Positions 9,167 to 16,930 are shown, counted from the stretch's first letter. The stretch is DNA of 32,000 nucleotides from Mucisphaera calidilacus (GCF_007748075.1 NZ_CP036280.1:2670001-2702000), one strand, 5' to 3'. The notes: generated by a model not told the origin, from the letters alone. Translations and numbers: made by a program.

Positions 9167-9390
9167 CGGATCACCTCCGTGCGAACCGACCCGCCCCTGA
9201 TGGGGCGGACTACGTGCCTGACGGCTCCTCCGTGAGCCGGGGGTATCGGGGTCGCCGCTCGATCAGCGGCCTCGAGCAGGGTTGCCAGTCGCTGGATCCC
9301 GCTGCCCAGATCGCCGCCACCCAGCCGCAACGCAAGATCAACGGCGCTGACGGCAGACGGTTTGTGCGGGCTTGCGGTTGAGGTCGTCAT
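9163..9390 (-). CDS. hypothetical small protein (75 aa), possible first cistron of the flagellar operon
   Basis: Track ORF 9163-9570 trimmed to ATG 9390, which has AGGTGA 6-7 nt upstream and lies downstream of the sigma-54 promoter. The stop overlaps the flgF ATG (ATGA). No recognisable family. Third-position GC is somewhat lower than in neighbouring genes, so it may instead be a 5' UTR. Confidence 0.35.
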   Translation of the reverse strand: MTTSTASPHKPSAVSAVDLALRLGGGDLGSGIQRLATLLEAADRAATPIPPAHGGAVRHVVRPIRGGSVRTEVIR

Positions 9391-9446
9391 GATCACTTCA
9401 CCTGGTCGTGGGTCAGTCGGCGGTTTTTTGCCGACACCCCCATCAC

Positions 9447-9462
9447 CGCAAGGGGTGTGCCA
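9447..9462 (-). promoter_or_regulatory. sigma-54 (RpoN) -24/-12 promoter
   Basis: The minus strand reads TGGCAC-ACCCC-TTGC-G, an exact match to the TGGCAC-N5-TTGC consensus. It lies about 55 nt upstream of ATG 9390 at the head of the flagellar operon. Confidence 0.6.
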
Positions 9463-9628
9463 GCACGCCGTGCCAGCAAGTCCCAGGCACCCGGGCCTCG
9501 CATCGATCCACGAAATCCACCGAAAAAGACTGGGTTTGCCCCACGCATCCCGGAGAACCCCCGGCAACACAGCCCGTGTGAGCAGAACGTGAGTCCGACG
9601 CCATCAGGCGCAGGCGGTGCGGGGCGAA

Positions 9629-9643
9629 GCGCAAGGCTTGCGC
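9629..9643. promoter_or_regulatory. 15-nt palindrome GCGCAAG-g-CTTGCGC (candidate enhancer/operator site)
   Basis: Perfect 7-N1-7 inverted repeat read directly from the sequence, about 170 nt upstream of the sigma-54 promoter in the divergent intergenic region. Confidence 0.3.
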
Positions 9644-9663
9644 CCGGCTCAAACGGCAAAGCC

Positions 9664-9677
9664 TGCGCTGCAGCGCA
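9664..9677. promoter_or_regulatory. 14-nt palindrome TGCGCTG-CAGCGCA (candidate enhancer/operator site)
   Basis: Perfect inverted repeat. It overlaps a second GCGCAAG copy (9673-9679), the same heptamer that forms the left arm of the 9629-9643 palindrome. Confidence 0.3.
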
Positions 9678-9737
9678 AGAGACAGGCGCAAAGACGAGCG
9701 TGCTTACGAAAGACGAACGAGCGCCGCTCAACCTGTT

Positions 9738-9743
9738 AATAAT
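9738..9743 (+). promoter_or_regulatory. -10-like hexamer AATAAT, 6 nt before ATG 9750 (leaderless candidate)
   Basis: Sequence is ctgttAATAATggaatcATG. There is no Shine-Dalgarno, and the hexamer occupies -12..-7 if the A of the ATG is +1. Confidence 0.45.
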
Positions 9744-9749
9744 GGAATC

Positions 9750-10610
9750 ATGAACCGATCCGCCCCCGCCATCGAAGCCCGTGACGTACGCGTCACCGCG
9801 CACGGCCACACGATCCTCGATGGCGTGAACCTGTCGCTCCAGCGAGGCGAAACCGCCGTGCTCCTCGGGCCCAACGGGTGCGGCAAGACCACCCTCGCCC
9901 GCGTGCTCATGGGCTACCAGCCGGTACGAAGCGGCACCCTCCACGTCCTCGACAAGACCATCGGCGCGACCAACCTGCACGAACTACGCCAGCACGTCCG
10001 CCTCGTCAGCTCAACCACCGCACTCGGCGGGCAGAGCGGCACCCTCAACGGCCTCGAAACACGCATGCGCCCGCTCGCCGCGGTGCTCACCGGCATCGAC
10101 GGCTCCTTGATGCTCACCCGAAACCTCCCCTCGCAAGACGAAGACCGAGCGATGCACCTGCTGCGCGTCGTCGGCCTCGGCCACCGCGAAACATCAGCCA
10201 TCGGCACACTCTCAACAGGCGAGCAGCGACGACTGCTCCTGGCTCGGGCGATGATCCGGCCGCCCGAGCTGCTGCTCCTTGACGAGGCCGCCGCCGGACT
10301 CGACGTCGCCGGCCGCGAGCAGATGCTGCTGACCCTCCGCCTGCTCATGGCCGCAGGCGATCGCCCCACCGTCCTCATGATCACCCACCACGTCGAAGAA
10401 ATGCCCCCCGATACCGACCGAGTCTTCTTGATGAACAGCGGTCGCATCCTGCGGTCAGGAACGCCAGCACAAGTCATGACGCCCGAACTCCTCACCGAGA
10501 CCTTCGGCTGCCGGGTCTACGTCCGCAAGGCCAGCGGCCGCTACACACTCGAAGTGCTCCCCGAGGCATGGCTGGACCTCCTGCCCGAAACCGACCGCAT
10601 CGGGCTATGA
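9750..10610 (+). CDS. stand-alone ABC-type ATPase (ModF/YlmA-like), no permease in the window
   Basis: 286 aa. Walker A GPNGCGKTT, signature LSTGEQRR, Walker B LLLLDEAAAGLD and H-loop ITHH are all present. Confidence 0.9.
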   Translation: MNRSAPAIEARDVRVTAHGHTILDGVNLSLQRGETAVLLGPNGCGKTTLARVLMGYQPVRSGTLHVLDKTIGATNLHELRQHVRLVSSTTALGGQSGTLNGLETRMRPLAAVLTGIDGSLMLTRNLPSQDEDRAMHLLRVVGLGHRETSAIGTLSTGEQRRLLLARAMIRPPELLLLDEAAAGLDVAGREQMLLTLRLLMAAGDRPTVLMITHHVEEMPPDTDRVFLMNSGRILRSGTPAQVMTPELLTETFGCRVYVRKASGRYTLEVLPEAWLDLLPETDRIGL

Positions 10611-10617
10611 TGCAGGC

Positions 10618-10821
10618 ATGAATAAACTAACCCCCCTTCTGGCGTTACTCGGCGCTCCCGCTGCGGCGCTCGCGCACACCGGCAGCCACGAGATGCACCC
10701 CGGCCTGCTCTTCTTCCACTGGCTGTCCCAGCCCGATCACCTGCTCATCGGCCTCGCGGGAGCCGTCGTCGGCTTCGGCGCCGCTGCGATCCTGACCCGC
10801 CGGTCGTCACGACATGGCTGA
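10618..10821 (+). CDS. 67-aa secreted/membrane mini-protein resembling the N-terminal segment of HupE/UreJ metal transporters
   Basis: Signal peptide MNKLTPLLALLGAPAAALA, then HTGSHEMHPGLLFFHWLSQPDHLLIGLAGAVVGFGAAAIL (H-x5-DH at the start of one TM helix). High GC3. The stop overlaps the MazG start by 8 nt. Confidence 0.55.
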   Translation: MNKLTPLLALLGAPAAALAHTGSHEMHPGLLFFHWLSQPDHLLIGLAGAVVGFGAAAILTRRSSRHG

Positions 10822-11137
10822 TGATCCCACGCTGACGCTCGCCGATTTCCAGGACCACATCCGCGCCAAGTACTACGAGCAGGACGCGGCACGCGGCACG
10901 CCCGGAACCTTCATGTGGTTCGTCGAAGAAGTCGGCGAACTGGCCACCACGCTCCAGAAAGTGCGCGGCGAAGGCGGCACCACCACCGGCGGCTCAACCC
11001 AGGCCGACCTCGAGGGCGAATTCGCGGACGTCCTCGCATGGCTCTGCACCCTGGCCAACATCAACGACGTCGACCTCGCCAAAGCCGTGCAGAAAAAATA
11101 CCTCTCCGAAGACGGCGGCCCGGAAGGCGTCAAGTAA
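10814..11137 (+). CDS. MazG-like nucleotide pyrophosphohydrolase (single MazG domain)
   Basis: 107 aa. FVEEVGELATTL and EGEFADVLAWLCTLANINDVDL match the MazG EExxE / ExxD helices. Confidence 0.85.
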   Translation: MADDPTLTLADFQDHIRAKYYEQDAARGTPGTFMWFVEEVGELATTLQKVRGEGGTTTGGSTQADLEGEFADVLAWLCTLANINDVDLAKAVQKKYLSEDGGPEGVK

Positions 11138-11144
11138 CACCGAT

Positions 11145-13100
11145 TCAACCCTTGCCGACGGGGACCGTTTCATCCATCAGGACGTGTGAACGACCATTGC
11201 AGGGCGCACAATCCGCCAGGTAGTTGCGCGCGGCGCTGGTGATGGCATCAACATCCAGCCCCACCTCCGCCAGCTGATTCGGTCGCGAGTCCTGAGCAAT
11301 CCAACGCTGCGGCATGCCCAGAATCTGCACGCAGTGCGTCGGGAGACTCCGGGCGTGAGCCTCGGCGAGCACGGCATGGCCAAACCCGCCCGTCGTCGCG
11401 TGATCCTCGAGCGTCAGGATCGGCGTCCCGGCAGCAATCAGACGCTCAATCAGTTCGCCGTCAACCGGCTTGGCAAAACGGGCGTCATACACAGCAACAT
11501 CAATGCCCTCCGCGTCAAGACGCTGAGCAACCTCGAGCGCACTGTAGGCCAGCACGCCATAGCCCAGAATCGCCAGATCCGGCTTGGTCGAGCGCGCCGC
11601 ACGGATGAGATTGGCCTTGCCGAGCTGGAAAGGCGGCGGATCGTCCTGCACCGGAAGCTCGGCCACGTTGTCACGCGGATAACGGATCGCCGACGCCGAG
11701 GCGTCGTGGCGGGCCATAAAGCCCAGGGCCGCACGCAGATTGGGCTCATCGATCGCGGCCAGCTGCACCAGATTGGGCAACGCGCTGAACATCGAGACAT
11801 CCATGAAGCCGTGGTGCACCGCCCCGTCGCCACCCACGAAACCAGCACGGTCCATGCAGATACGCACCGGCAGGTTCTGCAGCGAAACCTCCTGAAACAC
11901 CTGATCCAGAGCCCGCTGCGCAAAGGTCGAATAGACCGCGAAGAAAGGCTTCGCACCCGCCTTGGCCATCCCCGCCGCCATGTCCATCGCGTGCGACTCG
12001 CAGATACCGGTGTCCAGCACTCGGTCCGGGAAATCACGAGCGACACGCGACAACCCCGTCCCATCAGGCATCGCCGCCGTGATCGCCACGATCTTGTCAT
12101 CGAGCTTCATCTGATCGGTCAGGGCATCCGCAAAAGCAGACGTAAACGAACGGCCCGACGACTTCAATTCAGCCCGGCAGCCATTGACCACAAACGGCTT
12201 GGGCGAGTGAAACTTCGTGGGATCATCCGCCGAGAACTCAAAACCCTTGCCCTTGACCGTCTTCACGTGCAGCAGCACCGGACGGTCAATGTCCCGTACC
12301 TCCTCGAGCATGTCGATCAGCGTCGGCAGGTCATGACCGTCGATCGGACCGATGCACAGGAAGCCAAAGTGCTCAAAAAGGTGATCCGAGGCGATCGCGG
12401 TGCGGAGCATGTCGCTGCCGCGGTGATAAATCTCCTCCACCACCGAGCCGCCCGGCAGCTTGTCGAGCATCTTCTTCCCCGCACGCTTGATCTCGGAAAA
12501 GGTCGAGCTCACGCGGATCCGGTCGAAATACGTGGCCATGCCCCCCTGCGGCTTGGCGATCGACATGCCGTTGTCGTTCAGGATGACCAGGAACTGCCGC
12601 TTGAGCGTGCCGGCGTTGTTCAGACCCTCCAACGCGACGCCGTTGACGATCGAAGCATCACCCACCAACGCAACCGTTCGCCGATCAGACCGGCCAACCC
12701 CGCCAGCGAGCAGGTCGTCACCCCGGGCCATGCCAACCGCGGTCGAGACCGCCGTGCCCGCGTGACCCACGGCAAACAGGTCGTAGTCCGATTCCGTCGG
12801 CTCGGGGAAACCCGCCATCCCGCCCCGAGACCGCAGCTTCCCAAGCTTGCCATACCGCCCGGTCAGCAGCTTGTGGGGGTAGCACTGATGGCCGACGTCA
12901 AAGAGCAGACGATCGTGACCGAAGTCGAAAACCCGGTGCAACGCTATCGAAAGCTCGACCACGCCGAGATTCGGCGCCAGGTGGCCGCCGGTCTTGGAAA
13001 CCTGGTCGCAGATAGCCTGCCGCATCTCCGCCGCAAGATCGTCGAGTTGCTCACACGACAGGCCGTCGAGGTCTGCCGGGGTCTGGATCGCTTCAAGCAT
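11145..13100 (-). CDS. dxs: 1-deoxy-D-xylulose-5-phosphate synthase
   Basis: 651 aa. Contains GGHLAPNLGVVELSIALHRVFDF, DVGHQCYPHKLLTGR and a GDASIVNG thiamine-diphosphate motif; Dxs-like along the full length. Confidence 0.97.
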   Translation of the reverse strand: MLEAIQTPADLDGLSCEQLDDLAAEMRQAICDQVSKTGGHLAPNLGVVELSIALHRVFDFGHDRLLFDVGHQCYPHKLLTGRYGKLGKLRSRGGMAGFPEPTESDYDLFAVGHAGTAVSTAVGMARGDDLLAGGVGRSDRRTVALVGDASIVNGVALEGLNNAGTLKRQFLVILNDNGMSIAKPQGGMATYFDRIRVSSTFSEIKRAGKKMLDKLPGGSVVEEIYHRGSDMLRTAIASDHLFEHFGFLCIGPIDGHDLPTLIDMLEEVRDIDRPVLLHVKTVKGKGFEFSADDPTKFHSPKPFVVNGCRAELKSSGRSFTSAFADALTDQMKLDDKIVAITAAMPDGTGLSRVARDFPDRVLDTGICESHAMDMAAGMAKAGAKPFFAVYSTFAQRALDQVFQEVSLQNLPVRICMDRAGFVGGDGAVHHGFMDVSMFSALPNLVQLAAIDEPNLRAALGFMARHDASASAIRYPRDNVAELPVQDDPPPFQLGKANLIRAARSTKPDLAILGYGVLAYSALEVAQRLDAEGIDVAVYDARFAKPVDGELIERLIAAGTPILTLEDHATTGGFGHAVLAEAHARSLPTHCVQILGMPQRWIAQDSRPNQLAEVGLDVDAITSAARNYLADCAPCNGRSHVLMDETVPVGKG

Positions 13101-13192
13101 GAGAATCGGTTACCTCTTGGGACGAGTGTTGCGACCACCAATACCAAACATATTAAGGGACAGAGCGTGACAAGTCCCGAAGATCTGTAGAT

Positions 13193-14092
13193 TTAGCTCG
13201 TGCGCACCGCCATGTATTCGCACAGATCCCGCAGCGGGTTCGCGCGATCGCCAAAGTCCTCGAGAGCCGCGAGCGCCTCGCCACGAAGCCGCTCGACCTC
13301 CGTCCGGCTCTTATCGACACCCAGCACGCCGGGATAGGTCAGCTTGCCGGCATCAAGATCCTTGCCGGTCGCCTTACCCATCTCCTCAGAACAGCCCGTG
13401 ACGTCAAGCAGGTCGTCGACGATCTGGAACATCAACCCGATCCGATCCGCATAACGCGTGATCGCATCGAGCTGGGCCGCGTCGGCACCGCCACAAACAG
13501 CACCCATCCGGCACGAAGCCCGCAGCAGAGCACCGGTCTTGTGCTCGTGGATCACCTCGAGCTTCTCACGGTCGGACAGCCCCTCGTCAAACTGGGGAAG
13601 CGTGTCATACACCTGGCCCGCCACCATGTTGTTGGCGGCGATCGACAACTCACGACAGATCGTCGAGAGAACGTGAGCATCCGTCAGACGACACGCCAGA
13701 ACCTCAAAAGCCAGTGCCAGCAACGCGTCACCCGCCAGAATCGCCATCGGCTCCGAGGTGTGGCGATGAAGGGTAGGCCGGCCACGCCGCAGGTCGTCAT
13801 CGTCCATCGCCGGCAGATCATCGTGCACGAGACTGAAGGCGTGCACCATCTCAATCGCCGCTGCAGCCGGCAGACACGTATCGACTTTCCCGCCCGTCGC
13901 CTCACAACTCAGGATCACCAGCAGCGGACGCAAACGCTTGCCGCCGCCCAGCAGGGCGTAGCCAATCGCGTCACGCAGATTGATGGGGAACGGCCGGTTC
14001 GCCAGGAACTCGGCCATAAACTGCTCGACCTTCGCGGTCGGAGCCATCAGTGTCTCGAGATCAACGGACACCGGGGCCTCCGTATTCGACAT
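13193..14092 (-). CDS. ispA: polyprenyl diphosphate synthase, FPP-synthase type
   Basis: Track ORF trimmed to ATG 14092 (MSNTEAPVS...) with AGGAG 7 nt upstream. Contains GGKRLRPLL, the first Asp-rich motif AFSLVHDDLPAMDDDDLRRGRPT (aromatic at -5, as in E. coli IspA) and a second motif FQIVDDLLD. Confidence 0.9.
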   Translation of the reverse strand: MSNTEAPVSVDLETLMAPTAKVEQFMAEFLANRPFPINLRDAIGYALLGGGKRLRPLLVILSCEATGGKVDTCLPAAAAIEMVHAFSLVHDDLPAMDDDDLRRGRPTLHRHTSEPMAILAGDALLALAFEVLACRLTDAHVLSTICRELSIAANNMVAGQVYDTLPQFDEGLSDREKLEVIHEHKTGALLRASCRMGAVCGGADAAQLDAITRYADRIGLMFQIVDDLLDVTGCSEEMGKATGKDLDAGKLTYPGVLGVDKSRTEVERLRGEALAALEDFGDRANPLRDLCEYMAVRTS

Positions 14093-14123
14093 AAGGGTAC
14101 TCCTGCCCGGATTGGAAGCGGCA

Positions 14124-14151
14124 ATTATAGGGCCTGTCGCCGTCGCGTCAC
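14124..14151 (-). promoter_or_regulatory. sigma-70-like promoter for ispA-dxs (gTGACg-N16-TATAAT)
   Basis: The minus strand has a perfect TATAAT (plus 14124-14129), 31 nt upstream of ATG 14092. A TGAC-containing -35 lies at plus 14146-14151, overlapping the murG stop. Confidence 0.45.
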
Positions 14152-15260
14152 CGCTCGGCAGACTCAAGCACCCACCGGGCAACCCGCGCCGCACCATCCT
14201 CAGGCCGTGATCGCCCCAGAGAATCAGCCATCGATTCCAGACGACCAGCCTCGGCGATCAAACTATAAACGACATCATACAATGGCTTTGCGTTCAATTC
14301 AGACTCAACGCGATCCCGGAGGATCACCGCCCCGCCCGCGTCGACCATCGGCTTGGCGTTGTGCCGCTGGTGCTCATCCGCATGGAAGGGATAAGGCAGA
14401 AAAAGAGCGGGAACGCGGTTCGCCCACGCCTCAGCGACCGAACTCGCACCCGGACGCGCCACCACCAGGTCGGCCGCCGACCACGCCTGCCCCATGTCAT
14501 TCAGATAACGGACCAGCCGCCGACGAACGCCTGCGGCCTCGTAAGCCTGACGCAGCTCGTCCTCGTCCTTCCCGCCCGTGTGGTGCAGAACCTGCCACTC
14601 GGCCAACAACGCCCCCAGCCCCTCGTGCGTCAACGCCCGTGCGATACTGCGGTTGATCGTGCTCGCGCCCTGGGAGCCGGCGGTCACCAGAAGCGTCCTG
14701 CGCTCAGGCTCCAGACCCAGCTTCCGACGCGCTTCCTCAGCAGGCAGGCCCAGAACCACCTCCCGGCGCAGCGGAAACCCGATGACCTCCGCCTCCGGAA
14801 GCAAAGGCGTCGGATAAGCCGAACAGAGCAGATCGGCGTGACGACGCATCCGGCGGATCGCCCGGCCAGGCGTCGCATCCAGACTCACCAACGCCGTCGG
14901 AAGACCCATCCGCCGAGCAACGACGATCTCAGGCGCACTCACAAAACCACCCGTCGCGATCACCGCCAACGGCCGCTCCGAAAGCAGACGCCGACGAGCC
15001 GCCGAAGTCGCCGCCAACCAGCCACCCGCAAATCGCAACACGCCCACAGGCGACCGCCGAAACGGACGCGCCCGTGAAGCGATCCACGTGACCTGCTCCA
15101 GCCCGATGCTCTGCCGAACCGTCTCATCCACCGGCCGGTCGCTGATCACGAACCGGCAGAACAGGTCCGGGTCAAGCTCCAGCAGCCGCTGGGCGATCGC
15201 CACATTCGGATAAATGTGCCCGCCGGTGCCCCCTCCCGCCAGGATCACGCTGCGGCTCAC
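14148..15260 (-). CDS. murG: UDP-N-acetylglucosamine--N-acetylmuramyl-(pentapeptide)-pyrophosphoryl-undecaprenol GlcNAc transferase MurG
   Basis: 370 aa. N-terminus is MSRSVILAGGGTGGHIYPNVAIAQRL; the GT28 C-terminal region is present (VTAGSQGASTIN..., PGASSVAEAWANRVPALFLPYP). 4-nt overlap with the ftsW stop. Confidence 0.95.
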   Translation of the reverse strand: MSRSVILAGGGTGGHIYPNVAIAQRLLELDPDLFCRFVISDRPVDETVRQSIGLEQVTWIASRARPFRRSPVGVLRFAGGWLAATSAARRRLLSERPLAVIATGGFVSAPEIVVARRMGLPTALVSLDATPGRAIRRMRRHADLLCSAYPTPLLPEAEVIGFPLRREVVLGLPAEEARRKLGLEPERRTLLVTAGSQGASTINRSIARALTHEGLGALLAEWQVLHHTGGKDEDELRQAYEAAGVRRRLVRYLNDMGQAWSAADLVVARPGASSVAEAWANRVPALFLPYPFHADEHQRHNAKPMVDAGGAVILRDRVESELNAKPLYDVVYSLIAEAGRLESMADSLGRSRPEDGAARVARWVLESAER

Positions 15261-16525
15261 GACGGTCGCTCGCTGGAACGGGCCTCAATCACGCTCGCCA
15301 CAAGCCCGCCGATCGCCGCTCGGTCCCTACGCGTCCGACGGGCACGCATCGGTAGCCGGCGTCTCGCAACAGGCTTCGGATCAGGCTCAACGACCAACTC
15401 AGGCTCCGATGCCACCCCGACCACCCTCCCGCCACGGTCCAGACCCGCCACCAGCCCCAACGCGAACGCCGTCACGATCCAGCCCGTCCCGCCCGCCGAT
15501 AGCAGCGGCAACGCGATCCCCTTCGTAGGCATCAGACAGGTCACCACCGCCAGATTCATCAGCGCCTGTAACCCGAAGGTCAACAAAACACCCAACGCAA
15601 ACAGCCGCCCGAACAGATCGTTGCACGAACGCAGCACCGCATAACCCGCCCAGAGCACGATCAGCAGCAGAACAATGACCGTCGCGGCACCCAGCAGCCC
15701 CAGCTCCTCGGTCAGAATCGGGAACAGAAAATCCGTCGTGTCCTCCGGCAGGTAGTACTTGCGCACCGAATTGCCCAGACCGGTGCCCCACACGCCGCCA
15801 TGCGCAAACGCCGTCATCGCCTCGATCGGGTGGTACCCCGCGCCGGCCGGATCGGCCCAAGGATCCAGAAACGCCGTCAGACGCCGAAACCGGTAAGGCG
15901 TCGTCACCGCCATCGCCACGACCCCCGCCACTCCCACGATCGCCAGCAGCCCGACCTGCCAGAAACGCGCCCCCGCGGCCAGCAGAATCGCCACCGCAAC
16001 CACACCGATCAGCGCCGCCGACCCAAGGTCCTGCGGCGCAATCAACCCGCAACTCACCGCCATCAGAACCAGCGGCGGAACCAGCCCCAGACTCACACTC
16101 GAGAGCACACTCGCGCGACGAGCACCCCACCACGCCAACGCACCCAGCAGCGTCCACTTCACCAACTCACTCGGCTGAAACTGAACGCCCAGCAACCGCA
16201 ACCAGCGGGTAGCGCCGTTCACACGCACGCCCCAGCCCGGCACCATCGTCAGAACCACCAGCGCCAGCGACGCGATCACCACCCAGAACAGCGGATTCCG
16301 CCACGAGTGATGACGGTAGATCGCACGCACGTCGATCATCGGAGCCAGCAGCAACGCCGCCACCGCAATCAACGCGTACAACGTGTGACGCGATGTCAAC
16401 CAGCCGATCGACGCACCCTCGTCAGAAACGCTGTGCAGCGAAACACCCGCCGAGTGAACCATCACCCAGCCGATCGCGAGCAGACCCAACGCCGCTCCTT
16501 GCATGATCTGTCCGTGACGCACCAT
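15257..16525 (-). CDS. ftsW: SEDS-family peptidoglycan polymerase/lipid II flippase FtsW (FtsW/RodA/SpoVE family)
   Basis: Track ORF 15257-16645 trimmed to ATG 16525 (MVRHGQIMQGAALGLLAIGWVMVHSAG...), because the longer form would overlap the divergent gene at 16583. It is a multi-TM protein with FQPSELVKW and GHPIEAMTAFAHGGVWGTGLGNS motifs. Adjacency to murG favours FtsW over RodA. Confidence 0.88.
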   Translation of the reverse strand: MVRHGQIMQGAALGLLAIGWVMVHSAGVSLHSVSDEGASIGWLTSRHTLYALIAVAALLLAPMIDVRAIYRHHSWRNPLFWVVIASLALVVLTMVPGWGVRVNGATRWLRLLGVQFQPSELVKWTLLGALAWWGARRASVLSSVSLGLVPPLVLMAVSCGLIAPQDLGSAALIGVVAVAILLAAGARFWQVGLLAIVGVAGVVAMAVTTPYRFRRLTAFLDPWADPAGAGYHPIEAMTAFAHGGVWGTGLGNSVRKYYLPEDTTDFLFPILTEELGLLGAATVIVLLLIVLWAGYAVLRSCNDLFGRLFALGVLLTFGLQALMNLAVVTCLMPTKGIALPLLSAGGTGWIVTAFALGLVAGLDRGGRVVGVASEPELVVEPDPKPVARRRLPMRARRTRRDRAAIGGLVASVIEARSSERPS

Positions 16526-16570
16526 CCAAGGAGTTATCGGCGGGCAAGGGGCCCCAGCCACAATCGCGGG

Positions 16571-16576
16571 TAGACT
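16571..16576 (+). promoter_or_regulatory. -10-like hexamer TAGACT, 6 nt before ATG 16583 (leaderless candidate)
   Basis: Sequence is cgcgggTAGACTcctcacATG, with no Shine-Dalgarno. Confidence 0.4.
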
Positions 16577-16582
16577 CCTCAC

Positions 16583-16855
16583 ATGCCTAAAGGTCAGGGC
16601 CTCAGCCGCCACCAGGAAAAGATCGTCAAACGCTACTACGAGCACCGTGACACCATCGCGCTCGCCAGGCTCCAGGAAATCGTCTCGGAACTCTACCTCG
16701 CCGAATCTCAGGCCAAGGCCAACAAGCTCTGGACCTCCGCGGGAAAGGCACTCAAGAACGCCGGCGCCGGTCAGGCCGAGATCGACAGGACGCTCGACGC
16801 CCGAGACCCCGCAAAACTCGCCTCACTGGTCACACGACTCAGCCGTGGCGGATAA
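16583..16855 (+). CDS. hypothetical 90-aa basic/helical protein
   Basis: ORF MPKGQGLSRHQEKIVKRYYEHRDTIALARLQEIVSELYLAESQAKANKLW... shows reasonable codon bias. I recognise no family. Confidence 0.55.
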   Translation: MPKGQGLSRHQEKIVKRYYEHRDTIALARLQEIVSELYLAESQAKANKLWTSAGKALKNAGAGQAEIDRTLDARDPAKLASLVTRLSRGG

Positions 16856-16856
16856 A

Positions 16857-16897
16857 CCCCAACACCCCGCACCCCTCACCCCGGCGCCCCTCGCCCC
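16857..16897. repeat. six-tract C4 array (G-quadruplex motif on the minus strand)
   Basis: CCCC-aaca-CCCC-gca-CCCC-tca-CCCC-ggcg-CCCC-tcg-CCCC, starting 2 nt after the stop of the 16583-16855 gene. Confidence 0.8.
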
Positions 16898-16905
16898 AGC
16901 GAGGA

Positions 16906-16930
16906 CCCGGCCCAGATCCGTTGGGCCGGG
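16906..16930. terminator. GC-rich stem-loop between convergent genes (possible bidirectional terminator, no U-tract)
   Basis: cccggccca-gatccgt-tgggccggg: 9-bp perfect stem with a 7-nt loop. Confidence 0.4.

Noticed and set aside
9434-9458. Stem-loop acacccc-N11-ggggtgt in the flgF-upstream region as a terminator or attenuator
   Set aside because: It coincides with the sigma-54 -24/-12 element itself (the CACCCC/GGGGTG comes from the promoter spacer), so the promoter explains it better.
9393-9980. 195-aa minus-strand ORF spanning the divergent promoter region and the start of the ABC ATPase gene; also the long 135-aa version of the 9163-9570 ORF
   Set aside because: It would run through the sigma-54 promoter and overlap a well-supported plus-strand gene. 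It has no SD and a non-protein-like composition. Only the short 9163-9390 form is kept, at low confidence.
13147-13173. TTGTCA-N15-TATGTT (minus strand) in the ispA-dxs gap as an internal dxs promoter
   Set aside because: The 15-nt spacer is short and the -10 is weak. I cannot distinguish it from chance in a slightly AT-richer 92-nt gap.
11334-13190. 618-aa plus-strand ORF opposite dxs
   Set aside because: It is antisense to an unmistakable dxs. The translation is Arg/His/Gln/Leu-rich with no recognisable domain.
16534-16541. GCCGATAA (minus strand), a perfect sigma-28 -10 consensus at the ftsW start
   Set aside because: It ends only 8 nt before the ATG and no TAAA -35 lies 15 nt upstream. 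ftsW is also not an expected FliA target. Probably chance.
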